From an uncultured Methanosarcinales archaeon (GTDB lineage: Archaea; Nanobdellota; Nanobdellia; Woesearchaeales; GW2011-AR4): 64,000 nucleotides of DNA. Numbering within the stretch: position 1 is the first letter of the stretch; each line of letters starts with the position of its first letter. The position numbers and the translations under genes were made by a program. Shown piece by piece: positions 1-9,411 of this stretch. The notes beneath the pieces are model-generated. The model saw nothing but the letters and a program-made list of their open reading frames with translations, made no database searches and was not told the DNA's origin. Location of the stretch: positions 13,169-77,168 of the forward strand of contig CAZYSP010000001.1 of the NCBI GenBank assembly GCA_964650285.1, given 5' to 3'.

Positions 1-1
1 A

Positions 2-424
2 AAACATTTAGTTAAAAGAATAGAGAATGAAGATGTGTATACTTTAGTAAGCATATCTTTTGTACTATTTTCATTAATCTTTGTATCTTCTGGGTTGATA
101 TACTTTACAGAACATAGAGTCAATCCAGAGGCTGTAGCAACATTTTTTGATGCAGTTTATTATTCAGTTGTTACAATGTCTACTGTTGGATTGGGGGACA
201 TTGTACCTATCTCAACTGCAGGACGTATAGTAACTATGAGTATGATAGTCAGTGCGATAATTTTAATTCCCTGGCAAATTAGTGTTTTTCTAAAGGGGCT
301 CATACGCGCAGCAACAAAAATAAAGGTTACATGCCAACACTGTGGTTTGCAACATCATGACAATGATGCCTCACATTGCAAAGAGTGTGGGCATATCTTG
401 TTTAGTCCTGACAGGAAGGGATAA
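2..424 (+). CDS. Potassium channel / ion transporter, 3' part (5' end outside window), with C-terminal Zn ribbon
   Basis: Frame open from position 2; pore helix and filter YYSVVTMSTVGLGDIVP; CQHC...CKEC at C-terminus. Confidence 0.9.
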   Translation, partial: KHLVKRIENEDVYTLVSISFVLFSLIFVSSGLIYFTEHRVNPEAVATFFDAVYYSVVTMSTVGLGDIVPISTAGRIVTMSMIVSAIILIPWQISVFLKGLIRAATKIKVTCQHCGLQHHDNDASHCKECGHILFSPDRKG

Positions 425-524
425 TTTTAGTGTTATATTTTGTATTCTAATTAAAGATACTAATTCCTAAACTAGTATACGAAAACGTAACATTTATATA
501 TATGTTCAACTGTAATAAGGCAGA

Positions 525-929
525 ATGGTTGTATTATTTGACAGGTTTAACTTACCTGAGGACATATATGAAGTTATTTTCGCTACAAAGCAGCAGATTA
601 TAGTAGCTAAGCTGCTGATAGGAATGATAAAAGAAAATAATGGAGAGATAAATAAAACAGAAATGTCATTATTTGCGACAAAGCTGCATGAGGGAAATTT
701 AATTACCACACTAATAGAAGAGCCACCATATAAAGGCAAGAAAGTAAAGATAAGCTATAACAAAAGGCAGTTTTATGACAGGATTTTGACTCCAATGAAA
801 AGCATGGGATTAATAGATTATGATTTGTATAAAAAAACTTACAAAATAAGTGATAATTTCAACAAGGAGATGATAAGAATAGGAATTTTATGGCTAAAGG
901 AGATGAGAAAACCAGCAAAACCATCATGA
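525..929 (+). CDS. Hypothetical protein, probable winged-helix DNA-binding protein
   Basis: 134 aa basic soluble ORF; C-terminal helix plus wing-like YDRILTPMKSMGLIDYDLYKKTYKIS; TATA-like TTTATATA about 25 nt upstream. Confidence 0.6.
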   Translation: MVVLFDRFNLPEDIYEVIFATKQQIIVAKLLIGMIKENNGEINKTEMSLFATKLHEGNLITTLIEEPPYKGKKVKISYNKRQFYDRILTPMKSMGLIDYDLYKKTYKISDNFNKEMIRIGILWLKEMRKPAKPS

Positions 930-936
930 TGTTTTA

Positions 937-1041
937 GGCCCCCAACAATTCGAATTCTTTCCAAAACCACCCCAACGAATCAAAATGGGGGCCACTTCTT
1001 AATTGGAATAAAAAAGGGAGAAAGAGGTGAAAAGGGTGGTT
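937..1041 (+). ncRNA. Candidate structured RNA / 3' element with ACCACCCC loop
   Basis: GGCCCCCA(937-944)/TGGGGGCC(986-993) stem; loop AAAACCACCCCAACG also found at 52421; complementary GGGTGGTT at 1034-1041. Confidence 0.4.
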
Positions 1042-1192
1042 AATTAGATATCTTCTAAAAAATCGGGGGTACAAAATTAGTAGAATCCTCGCAAGCTGCC
1101 AGAGCCTTTGGATTTAGCGCATAAACATGGGAATGAGGTCAAAAAAGAATACTACAAAAACCTTTAAATAGAGACATAGTTTGCTTTTTTTT

Positions 1193-1780
1193 ATGAGAAG
1201 AACAAGGGATGAACAAAAAGGAAAAAAATTCGTGGTTTATTTAATGGGTATTCTTATGGTTGGTAGTGTTTTTGGAATTGTTTTCTTTGGGTTTGGATCT
1301 GGTGGTGCGACTAGCATGAAATATAATGATTTTAAATTTGTAAATAAAGGCAATTTCTGGTCAACAATTGTAGATGGAAGAGAAGCGATATTTACTTATT
1401 TTCCAAGTGATGTGGAATCTGTAGTTATTGATGGCAATGTGATTAGTAGACTGGAAAATAGGCTGGAGATTGATGCGACATCTGACTTCAATGACACATT
1501 TGCTGAACAGATTTCCCTTGCTGGATACAATATGGCCATTACATTGAATAATTTTAATATATTTGTAAGGCAGGGCTTTACAGCAGAAAATGATTATAAT
1601 TTTCCTGTTATAACATGTGAGGATCCTACTAATTTTGTTCCAGTAATTTATTTTAGAAGTTTTAATGAAACAAAGGTTTATATGGAAGATAACTGCATAA
1701 TAGCAGAAGCTTTGAGACAAGAAGATGTTGAAAGGATTAAAGACAGGATGGTGTATGGAATATTGGGAATAATTAAATGA
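1193..1780 (+). CDS. Single-pass membrane protein, paralog of 1800..2600
   Basis: ATG 1193 after BRE/TATA CAAAAACCTTTAAATA; one N-terminal TM; C-terminal PVITCE...DNCII...DR.Y shared with next ORF. Confidence 0.75.
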   Translation: MRRTRDEQKGKKFVVYLMGILMVGSVFGIVFFGFGSGGATSMKYNDFKFVNKGNFWSTIVDGREAIFTYFPSDVESVVIDGNVISRLENRLEIDATSDFNDTFAEQISLAGYNMAITLNNFNIFVRQGFTAENDYNFPVITCEDPTNFVPVIYFRSFNETKVYMEDNCIIAEALRQEDVERIKDRMVYGILGIIK

Positions 1781-1799
1781 AAATAAAAGATAGTTTAAA

Positions 1800-2600
1800 A
1801 TGAAAGAAATAAAGTTAAAAAAACTTGAGGAAATCTATGAGCATGGACTGATAAGCAAAGAGGAGTATAAGAAAAAGAAAAAGGAGATAGAAGAAATGCC
1901 TGAGGAGAAAGTTGAGAAGCAAGAAGAAAAAATGCCCGAAAAAGAAACTAAATCAAAATCTGATAAGATGCTAATAATAGGCGTAATCTTAATTGTTTTG
2001 GTGTTTGTTAGTATTTTTGGATTAAAAGATATTATACAAGAACGTCCAGAGACAATTGATGAGCTGCACGAGTTGAATTTGAAGGGAAAATTGAAGGATG
2101 AGCAAGGCTATCTTTACAAGGATGTTTATTCTTTTGTTAAATTTGATGACTTGTGGTATACACAGATGATGAGCCCTAAAGGAACGAGGTTTTATAATGT
2201 ACAGTTTAGATACGGGCCAAGAGACGTGGAGGACATAAAAATTTATGGTTCTTTAAATACAAATCTTTTTAATGATGCTGCAGAGTATTATGTCACGTTT
2301 AACCCTACAGGAAATGATTTTTCAAGTGTGGCTTTGGCTGTAGGCGATTTCAATACGCATATGACAAAAGTGTTTTTTAAGAAACCAATTGCTGCATGCG
2401 ACAAGAATGAAACAAGCGCATGTATAGATAGGCCAATAATAACTTGTGAGAATACAGATAAGGTTGTTTTGTATATCCGGGAGGTAAATAATACTATGGT
2501 CTATTATGATGATAACTGTATAGTTATAGAAGGCTCTGGTTTAGAGCTGGTAAAAGGTGTGGATAGAGTTTTGTATGATTTCTATAAATTTATGGAGTAA
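1800..2600 (+). CDS. SHOCT-like domain + TM + extracellular Cys-containing domain protein
   Basis: N-terminal KLKKLEEIYEHGLISKEEYKKKKKEI fits the SHOCT pattern; TM segment; PIITCE...DNCIV...DR.Y shared with upstream ORF. Confidence 0.75.
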   Translation: MKEIKLKKLEEIYEHGLISKEEYKKKKKEIEEMPEEKVEKQEEKMPEKETKSKSDKMLIIGVILIVLVFVSIFGLKDIIQERPETIDELHELNLKGKLKDEQGYLYKDVYSFVKFDDLWYTQMMSPKGTRFYNVQFRYGPRDVEDIKIYGSLNTNLFNDAAEYYVTFNPTGNDFSSVALAVGDFNTHMTKVFFKKPIAACDKNETSACIDRPIITCENTDKVVLYIREVNNTMVYYDDNCIVIEGSGLELVKGVDRVLYDFYKFME

Positions 2601-2683
2601 TAGATTATAATGAGAATAAGCAAAAGATATTTTTTAAATACATTTACAATAAATATATAAATAAAAATGAAACAGCTTGCTTT

Positions 2684-3268
2684 ATGACACCAATTACTTT
2701 GCCAGAGATAGTTGATATTATTGTTATGACAATTGCAATAGGCTATATCTTCTCAAAGTTTTTTAGGAGAGTGCCAGCAAGTTATGATCCTTTGACTTAT
2801 TACAAGAAAAATACATTAGTGGAAGATATAAAATATGGGGCAATGATAGCTGCGCCAGCAGTTGTGCTGCATGAATTGGCTCATAAATTTACTGCAATGG
2901 GTTTTGGAGCTAGTGCAACATTGCATGCTCCATCTTTTTTTGGAATTCCATATGGCATGTACCTTTTGGTTATATTGCTTATACATCTTAATTTTCCAAT
3001 CCTTTTCTTTGTAGGAGGTTATGTGAGTCATACAGCATTACCACCACTAGCATCATCAATGGTTGCATTTTCAGGACCGTTAATTAATTTAGTGTTATGG
3101 CTAGGTGGAATGTCTTTGATAAAATATAAGTTAATAGATAGAAAATATTATATGACGATAGGCATGATGGCAAAACTAAATATGTTTTTCTTTATATTCA
3201 ACATGATTCCTTTACCTGGTTTTGATGGGTTTAGTGTGTTTGCAGGATTAGTACAGGTGTTCTTTTAA
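2684..3268 (+). CDS. Site-2 protease (peptidase M50) family membrane metalloprotease
   Basis: HELAH zinc motif, SGPLIN, FNMIPLPGFDG; multiple TM segments. Confidence 0.9.
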   Translation: MTPITLPEIVDIIVMTIAIGYIFSKFFRRVPASYDPLTYYKKNTLVEDIKYGAMIAAPAVVLHELAHKFTAMGFGASATLHAPSFFGIPYGMYLLVILLIHLNFPILFFVGGYVSHTALPPLASSMVAFSGPLINLVLWLGGMSLIKYKLIDRKYYMTIGMMAKLNMFFFIFNMIPLPGFDGFSVFAGLVQVFF

Positions 3269-3503
3269 ATTTAATTTATAAACATTAAAATAATATTCTA
3301 TTCAATAAATAAAACAATGGAATAATAATAATCAATAAACAAAAATAAAGAAACAATAAAATTCATAAAGTAATCAATAATAAAATTAAACTATATAATT
3401 TCCATATTGAAAATAATAGACAAAAACAGTAAAATATTTATATGGACGCACCTTTTTTCTATAATGCAACTAATAAATTTTTTAATTCTGATAGGTTTAG
3501 GGG

Positions 3504-5228
3504 ATGGTATCAATGACTAAATTTATTGTGGTAGCTGGGGGTGTAATGTCTGGTGTTGGCAAGGGTGTTACAACAGCTTCTATTGCAAGAATATTGTATG
3601 AGTATGGCTATAAAGTGACTCCTATTAAGATTGATCCTTACATTAATTATGATGCAGGAACCTTAAGACCAACAGAACATGGAGAAGTCTGGGTTACTGA
3701 TGATGGTGGAGAGATAGACCAGGATTTAGGAACATATGAAAGATTTCTCAATGTTGGTATTCCCAGGAAAAACAACATAACCACGGGGCAGATTTACAAA
3801 ACAATAATTGAAAAGGAAAGGAAAGGCAAATACCTTGGCAAGACAGTGCAATTTATACCCCATGTACCTGATGAAATAAAAAAAAGAGTAAAGGAAGCAA
3901 GTAAGAATTATGATATTGCAATTATTGAGATTGGAGGCACTATAGGAGATTATGAAAATATACCTTTCCTGTTTGCAATGAAAAGCATGGAAAGGGAAAT
4001 AGGAAAGGATAATGTTGCTTATGTTTTGATTACATATTTGCCTGTACCTTCGCATATAGAAGAGATGAAAACCAAGCCAACACAGCAAGCTATAAGGCTT
4101 TTAGGGGAAAACGGAATTTTTCCGGATTTTATTATCTGCAGGGCAAAAAGAGCCTTGGATAAAGTAAGAAAACAAAAAATAGAAACTTATGCAAATATCC
4201 CGTCTACGCATGTAATTTCAGAGCCGGACATTGAAACTGTTTATTCTATTCCTCTGGATTTGGAGAAGGGGCAGCTTGGCTTAAAGATTCTGAAGGAATT
4301 GAAGCTAAAGCCGAAAAAGTCTCTAAACTTGAATGAATGGAAAAGGCTTGTCAGCAGGATAGAGAACCCAAGGAAGCATGTCAAGATTGCTATTGTTGGA
4401 AAGTATATTGATATTGGAGATTATAAATTATCAGACAGCTATGTGAGCATTAACCAGTCATTATTGCACGCCGGAGCTGTATTAAATGTTGGTGTTGATA
4501 TTCATTGGGTGGATGCAAAATCATTTGAGAAGAGCAAAAATAAACTTAGTGAGCTAAAGGATTTTGATGGAATTATTGTTCCAGGGGGTTTTGGTGCAAG
4601 TGGTGTAGAGGGAAAAATAAAGGCTATTAATTTCGCAAGAACAAAAAATAAACCTTACCTTGGATTGTGTTATGGATTACAACTGGCTATAGTGGAATAT
4701 GCAAGAAATGTTTGTAAAATGAGAAATGCAAATACAACAGAAAACAGTAAAACAAAATTCCCTGTTATTGATATATTGCCAACACAAAGGAAAATAATGG
4801 AAAAAAGCGATTATGGCGGTACAATGAGGTTGGGAGCATATGCGGCTGTTTTAAAGGAAAAGAGCAAAGTTTTGAAGCTGTATCAGGAAACAGGAAGACT
4901 AAAAGAAGATATGAAAAAAATTGAAAAGTTAAAGAAAGACAAAAGCCAAGCATTCAGGTTGGGTATATTGAATAAAAACAAGAATATTATTTTGGAAAGG
5001 CACAGGCACAGATATGAGGTAAATCCAGAGTTTGTTAACGAGCTGGAAAAGAAAGGTTTGGTTTTTTCTGGCTATCATTTAAGGAAAGATAATACAAAGC
5101 TGATGGAGTTTATTGAGCTGCCAAAACATAAGTTTTTTGTTGGAACTCAGGCACATCCTGAGTTTAAGTCAAGGTTAGGAAATCCCAGTCCATTGTTTTA
5201 TGGGTTTGTCAGGGCTTGTGGGAAATAA
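3504..5228 (+). CDS. pyrG: CTP synthase (start may be 3513)
   Basis: GGVMSGVGKG, KIDPYIN, KTKPTQ, GLCYG, ERHRHRYEVN, HPEF. Confidence 0.98.
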   Translation: MVSMTKFIVVAGGVMSGVGKGVTTASIARILYEYGYKVTPIKIDPYINYDAGTLRPTEHGEVWVTDDGGEIDQDLGTYERFLNVGIPRKNNITTGQIYKTIIEKERKGKYLGKTVQFIPHVPDEIKKRVKEASKNYDIAIIEIGGTIGDYENIPFLFAMKSMEREIGKDNVAYVLITYLPVPSHIEEMKTKPTQQAIRLLGENGIFPDFIICRAKRALDKVRKQKIETYANIPSTHVISEPDIETVYSIPLDLEKGQLGLKILKELKLKPKKSLNLNEWKRLVSRIENPRKHVKIAIVGKYIDIGDYKLSDSYVSINQSLLHAGAVLNVGVDIHWVDAKSFEKSKNKLSELKDFDGIIVPGGFGASGVEGKIKAINFARTKNKPYLGLCYGLQLAIVEYARNVCKMRNANTTENSKTKFPVIDILPTQRKIMEKSDYGGTMRLGAYAAVLKEKSKVLKLYQETGRLKEDMKKIEKLKKDKSQAFRLGILNKNKNIILERHRHRYEVNPEFVNELEKKGLVFSGYHLRKDNTKLMEFIELPKHKFFVGTQAHPEFKSRLGNPSPLFYGFVRACGK

Positions 5229-5270
5229 ACAAAACGTTTATAAAAACACTATTTTTCTTTTCTACTTGTT

Positions 5271-6284
5271 ATGGAAGACAATACAGAAAATAGCCAGCAG
5301 GATACAACGGAAAACAATACAAAAATAGAAACCAATAAAGATACTGATGAAAATCAAAAAAAATTACCTAAAATAAAATTTAATTTTTCTTCTATTAAAA
5401 ATATTTATGAAAATCAATATAAAAAATTATTAATTATACCTTTTGCACTTCTTTTGATAGCGATATTGCTGATAGGGTTTAAGTTTGCGACAACCGGGGA
5501 CTTCATCAACAGGGATGTAAGCTTAAAAGGCGGTGTTACAATAACTATACCAACTACTAAACAAGTTGATATTTTACAATTAGAAAATATTATTTCTTCA
5601 AAATTTCCCGAGAAGGATATATCAACAAAATCAATAAGCCAGTTTGGAGCACAGACAGGAGTCATTCTTGAAGCGGATATTGAAGAGAGACAAGTAAATA
5701 CTTTAATTGAAGAGATAAGCAAAGCGTCGGATATAGAACTGGAAACTGCTGATTATTCTGTTGAGATTGTAGGGTCATCTTTAGGTGCTTCCTTTTTCAA
5801 GGAGGTAATTGTTGCGCTGCTTATAGCGTTCTTATTCATGGCGATAGTTGTTTTTCTTTATTTTAGAACAATTGTACCAAGTGCAGCGGTTATTTTAGCG
5901 GCTTTGTCTGATATACTAATTACCTTATCTATAGTAAATTTACTGGGAATAAGATTAAGCACAGCGGGAATTGCGGCTTTCCTGATGCTTATTGGCTATA
6001 GTGTTGATACTGATATTTTATTGTCCACCAGAGTTCTGAAAAGAAAAGAAGGTACAGAAATGGAAAGGATATATGGAGCTTTTAAAACAGGAATTACAAT
6101 GTCTTTAACAACGCTTACTGCTGTAACTATGGCATTGATATTTGCCCAGTCAGGAGTAATAAAGCAGATTATGATTATCTTGCTTATTGGACTATTAGTT
6201 GATTTAATCAACACCTGGATCCAGAATGTTGGGATTTTAAGATTATATCTGGAAAGAAAAGCCAGAAAATCAGGTATACAATGA
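5271..6284 (+). CDS. secF: Protein translocase subunit SecF
   Basis: SLKGG after TM1, VGSSLG, IGYSVDTDILL; 6 TM; overlaps secD start. Confidence 0.93.
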   Translation: MEDNTENSQQDTTENNTKIETNKDTDENQKKLPKIKFNFSSIKNIYENQYKKLLIIPFALLLIAILLIGFKFATTGDFINRDVSLKGGVTITIPTTKQVDILQLENIISSKFPEKDISTKSISQFGAQTGVILEADIEERQVNTLIEEISKASDIELETADYSVEIVGSSLGASFFKEVIVALLIAFLFMAIVVFLYFRTIVPSAAVILAALSDILITLSIVNLLGIRLSTAGIAAFLMLIGYSVDTDILLSTRVLKRKEGTEMERIYGAFKTGITMSLTTLTAVTMALIFAQSGVIKQIMIILLIGLLVDLINTWIQNVGILRLYLERKARKSGIQ

Positions 6285-7924
6285 ACATCAAAATAAAAAA
6301 AATATTTACGAATGTAAGAGTAATAATTTTGCTGGTTTTCTTAGTTTTAGCAGTTGTTGCAATAAGTCCAAGACCTGGAGCAGAAGGCGTTGTAATAAGG
6401 AATGTTATAGCCAACAGCACTGCAGCAGAAGCTGGTATTATACAGCCACCACTAACTGCAAAGCCAGTAGACAGGGAAAGGGTTTTGGAAATTAACAACA
6501 AGCCTATCAGGGATGTGGAGGATTACCATAGTTATGTCAATACGTTAGAGCCAAACAAATCTGTACAGATAAAAACAAACAAGGGATTATACAGGCTGAG
6601 GACAAGGGAAAAGTTTGAGATGATAGAGGTAAATAAAACTATTTTGAAGACAATCGAAGTACCAAAAACAAAAAAGATAAGCAAAGGTACAGAAGATATT
6701 GGATTAATGGTCTTTAACACTCCAAAAACCAACATAAGGAAAGGCCTTGATTTGCAGGGGGGTACAAGAGTTTTATTACAACCAGAAGAGCTATTATCAG
6801 CACGAGATATGGCATCCTTAATAGACACCATGGAGGAAAGGCTTAATGTTTATGGTTTAAGTGATTTAATAATAAGGGATGCAACTGACTTAACAGGAAA
6901 CCAATACATCCTGGTAGAGATAGCAGGTGCTAATGAAGAAGAGATAAGGAACTTATTGGCAAAACAGGGCAAATTTGAAGCAAAAATAGCCAACAAAACT
7001 GTTTTTATAGGTGGAAAAGATATTATTTTTGTCTGCAGGTCAGCAGACTGCGCAGGAATAGATCCTAGTGTTGGGTGTTTCTCATCACAAGGACAAGAAG
7101 TTTGCGGGTTTAGATTTTCAATTTCAATAACACCGGAAGCAGCGCAGAAGTTTGCTGATGCAACAAAAGATTTAGCTGTAATAGAGGATAATGGGAAATA
7201 TTTGTCAGAGCCATTAGAGCTTTACCTTGATGATACTAAAGTGAAGGAGCTTAATATAGTAGCAGACCTAAAAGGAAGAGCAGAGACTGATATACAAATC
7301 ACAGGATCTGGTGCAGGTTTTACACAGCAGGAAGCTGCCATTAACTCAATGAACAATATGAAGAGGCTGCAGACAATTTTGATTACTGGATCATTGCCTG
7401 TTAAACTGAACATAGTTAAGATAGATGCTATAAGTCCATTGCTTGGAAAAGAATTTTTGAAAAACGCTATGATGGTTGGGTTAGTTGCATTAATTTCCGT
7501 GGGAATTGTTATCTTTATAAGATACAGAAAATTACAAGTGGCAGTGCCTGCAATCCTGATTTCAGTATCAGAAATTATAATTTTATTGGGAGTTGCTGCT
7601 CTAATAGGATGGAATATTGACCTTGCTGCAGTTGCAGGCATAATAATAGCTGTTGGAATTGGTGTAGACCATCAGATTGTGATTGCGGATGAGACTTTAA
7701 GGGGAGAAAGAATTATATATGACTGGAAACAAAGAATAAAAAATGCTTTTTTTATTATAATGGCATCTTACTTTACTGTTTTTGTAGCTATGATGCCCCT
7801 GGTATTTGCAGGAGCTGGCTTATTGAAGGGTTTTGCAATAACAACAATTTTGGGAGCGTCTATTGGAGTTTTCATTTCAAGACCTGTGTTTGCGAGGGTT
7901 ATTGAGATTTTATTAAGGGAGTAG
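6281..7924 (+). CDS. secD: Protein translocase subunit SecD with PDZ-like insertion
   Basis: KGLDLQGG, ERLNVYG, GSLP, SPLLG, GIGVD, LKGFAIT; PDZ-like segment between TM1 and GLDLQGG. Confidence 0.93.
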   Translation: MNIKIKKIFTNVRVIILLVFLVLAVVAISPRPGAEGVVIRNVIANSTAAEAGIIQPPLTAKPVDRERVLEINNKPIRDVEDYHSYVNTLEPNKSVQIKTNKGLYRLRTREKFEMIEVNKTILKTIEVPKTKKISKGTEDIGLMVFNTPKTNIRKGLDLQGGTRVLLQPEELLSARDMASLIDTMEERLNVYGLSDLIIRDATDLTGNQYILVEIAGANEEEIRNLLAKQGKFEAKIANKTVFIGGKDIIFVCRSADCAGIDPSVGCFSSQGQEVCGFRFSISITPEAAQKFADATKDLAVIEDNGKYLSEPLELYLDDTKVKELNIVADLKGRAETDIQITGSGAGFTQQEAAINSMNNMKRLQTILITGSLPVKLNIVKIDAISPLLGKEFLKNAMMVGLVALISVGIVIFIRYRKLQVAVPAILISVSEIIILLGVAALIGWNIDLAAVAGIIIAVGIGVDHQIVIADETLRGERIIYDWKQRIKNAFFIIMASYFTVFVAMMPLVFAGAGLLKGFAITTILGASIGVFISRPVFARVIEILLRE

Positions 7925-7929
7925 CTAAA

Positions 7930-8313
7930 ATGGCAACAAAACTTTGGGCAGTGGGAGTTGTTTTATTCTGCACTTTGCTTACCTCTACTGCGCAGATATT
8001 CTATAAGTTCGGAGCAGCGAAATTGAGTTTCAATATTATGAGCATAATAACAAACTATGAATTGATTATGGGCCTGGTATTATATGCTATAGGCGGCATT
8101 TTACTCATATTAAGCTTTAGAGGTGGGGAAGTTTCTGTTTTGTATCCTATAATAGCAACAAGCTACATATGGGTAAGCTTTTTGTCTATCTATTTCCTGA
8201 ATGAGTTAATGAATTTATTTAAGTGGTTGGGAGTATTTACAATAGTGGCTGGAATTGTTCTAATAGGTCATGGCAGTAAAAAGGCAGCTGTTGAGGGAGC
8301 AGGAGTGATATAA
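7930..8313 (+). CDS. Small 4-TM DMT/EamA (SMR/ArnE-like) transporter subunit
   Basis: 4 TM; GEVSVLYPIIATSYIWV motif; paired with paralog. Confidence 0.8.
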   Translation: MATKLWAVGVVLFCTLLTSTAQIFYKFGAAKLSFNIMSIITNYELIMGLVLYAIGGILLILSFRGGEVSVLYPIIATSYIWVSFLSIYFLNELMNLFKWLGVFTIVAGIVLIGHGSKKAAVEGAGVI

Positions 8314-8663
8314 TGGCAACAGAATTATGGGCAATAGGACTTGTAATTTTAGCTACTTTTATTGGTGCTTTCGGACCTATTTTGCTTAAAAAGGCGTCTG
8401 AAAAAAAGTTATCTAAAATAAGCTCTTTAATGAAGAATCATCATTTGTTTGGAGGGGTTTCCTTGTATGCAATTGGCACAATACTTTTTATTCCTGCATT
8501 AAAAGGCGGCGATTTATCAATCCTTTATCCTTTTGTTGCTTTGGCATATGTATGGGTAAGCCTGCTTTCTGTCAAATTTTTAGGGGAAAAAATGAATTTG
8601 ATGAAATGGGTTGGGATAGCTCTTATTATAGTTGGTGTTAGTTTTATTGGGATTGGGAGCTGA
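8313..8663 (+). CDS. Small 4-TM DMT/EamA (SMR/ArnE-like) transporter subunit, paralog
   Basis: GDLSILYPFVALAYVWV...FLGEK; N-terminus MATELWAIG resembles MATKLWAVG; TAATG overlap. Confidence 0.8.
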   Translation: MATELWAIGLVILATFIGAFGPILLKKASEKKLSKISSLMKNHHLFGGVSLYAIGTILFIPALKGGDLSILYPFVALAYVWVSLLSVKFLGEKMNLMKWVGIALIIVGVSFIGIGS

Positions 8664-9294
8664 TAATTTTCCTGGATTCTTTTAGATAAAACTTAACTTC
8701 TTCATCTTCTAATTGTGTAAATTCCTGGTAGAAAGAGCCTACTGCACCAAAGAATAGCGGGGTATGTAAGCATACAACTTCATCTACAATTGCCTTGACT
8801 TTTTCAAAACTATCCTGAGCTGCAACTGGGATAGCTACAATGACTTTTTTCGGATTTTTGCTTTTTGCATATTTAATTGCTGCCAGCATTGTATAGCCGG
8901 TTGCTAAGCCGTCATCAACGATGATTGCTATTTTATTCTTTAATTCAGGAAGTTTTCCTGTTGCGTATTCTTTATAGCGTCTTTTTATTTCTGAATTCAT
9001 TTCCCTGACTGTGTTTTTTATGTATTCTTCACCTGCTTCTGCTTGGTATTCTTTATTTATACTATAGTGTCCTCCAGGGCTTACAGCGCCTATTGCAAAC
9101 TCTGGCTCAAAGGGGTGGCCTATTTTTTTAGTTACAACAATGCTTAATGGGACTTTCAGTGTTTTTGCTATGTTGAAAGCTACTTCTACACCTCCGCGAG
9201 GAATGCCCAACACAATAACATCTTTTTTGTTTTTGAATTTTTTCAGTGCTTCAGCCAGTTTTTGCCCTGCTTCGTGTCTGTTTTTGAATATCAT
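8644..9294 (-). CDS. Putative phosphoribosyltransferase (type I PRT)
   Basis: IPRGG, IIVDDGLATG PRPP-binding loop, F.AVG.FY..F.Q C-terminus. Confidence 0.88.
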   Translation of the reverse strand: MIFKNRHEAGQKLAEALKKFKNKKDVIVLGIPRGGVEVAFNIAKTLKVPLSIVVTKKIGHPFEPEFAIGAVSPGGHYSINKEYQAEAGEEYIKNTVREMNSEIKRRYKEYATGKLPELKNKIAIIVDDGLATGYTMLAAIKYAKSKNPKKVIVAIPVAAQDSFEKVKAIVDEVVCLHTPLFFGAVGSFYQEFTQLEDEEVKFYLKESRKIISSQSQ

Positions 9295-9305
9295 TTTGGC
9301 TTTAG

Positions 9306-9387
9306 AAACATTTATACAAAAGAAAATGCTTTAAAGCATTTTCTAAGCATAAATGTCTTGGAAATCTTGATTTCCAAAACATTTATA
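9306..9387. repeat. Nested palindromic element in divergent promoter region
   Basis: Perfect palindrome AGAAAATGCTTTAAAGCATTTTCT (9321-9344); TTGGAAATC-TT-GATTTCCAA (9358-9377); direct repeat AAACATTTATA at 9306 and 9377. Confidence 0.7.
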
Positions 9388-9411
9388 TAAACAGAATTTA
9401 AATTATTTTCT

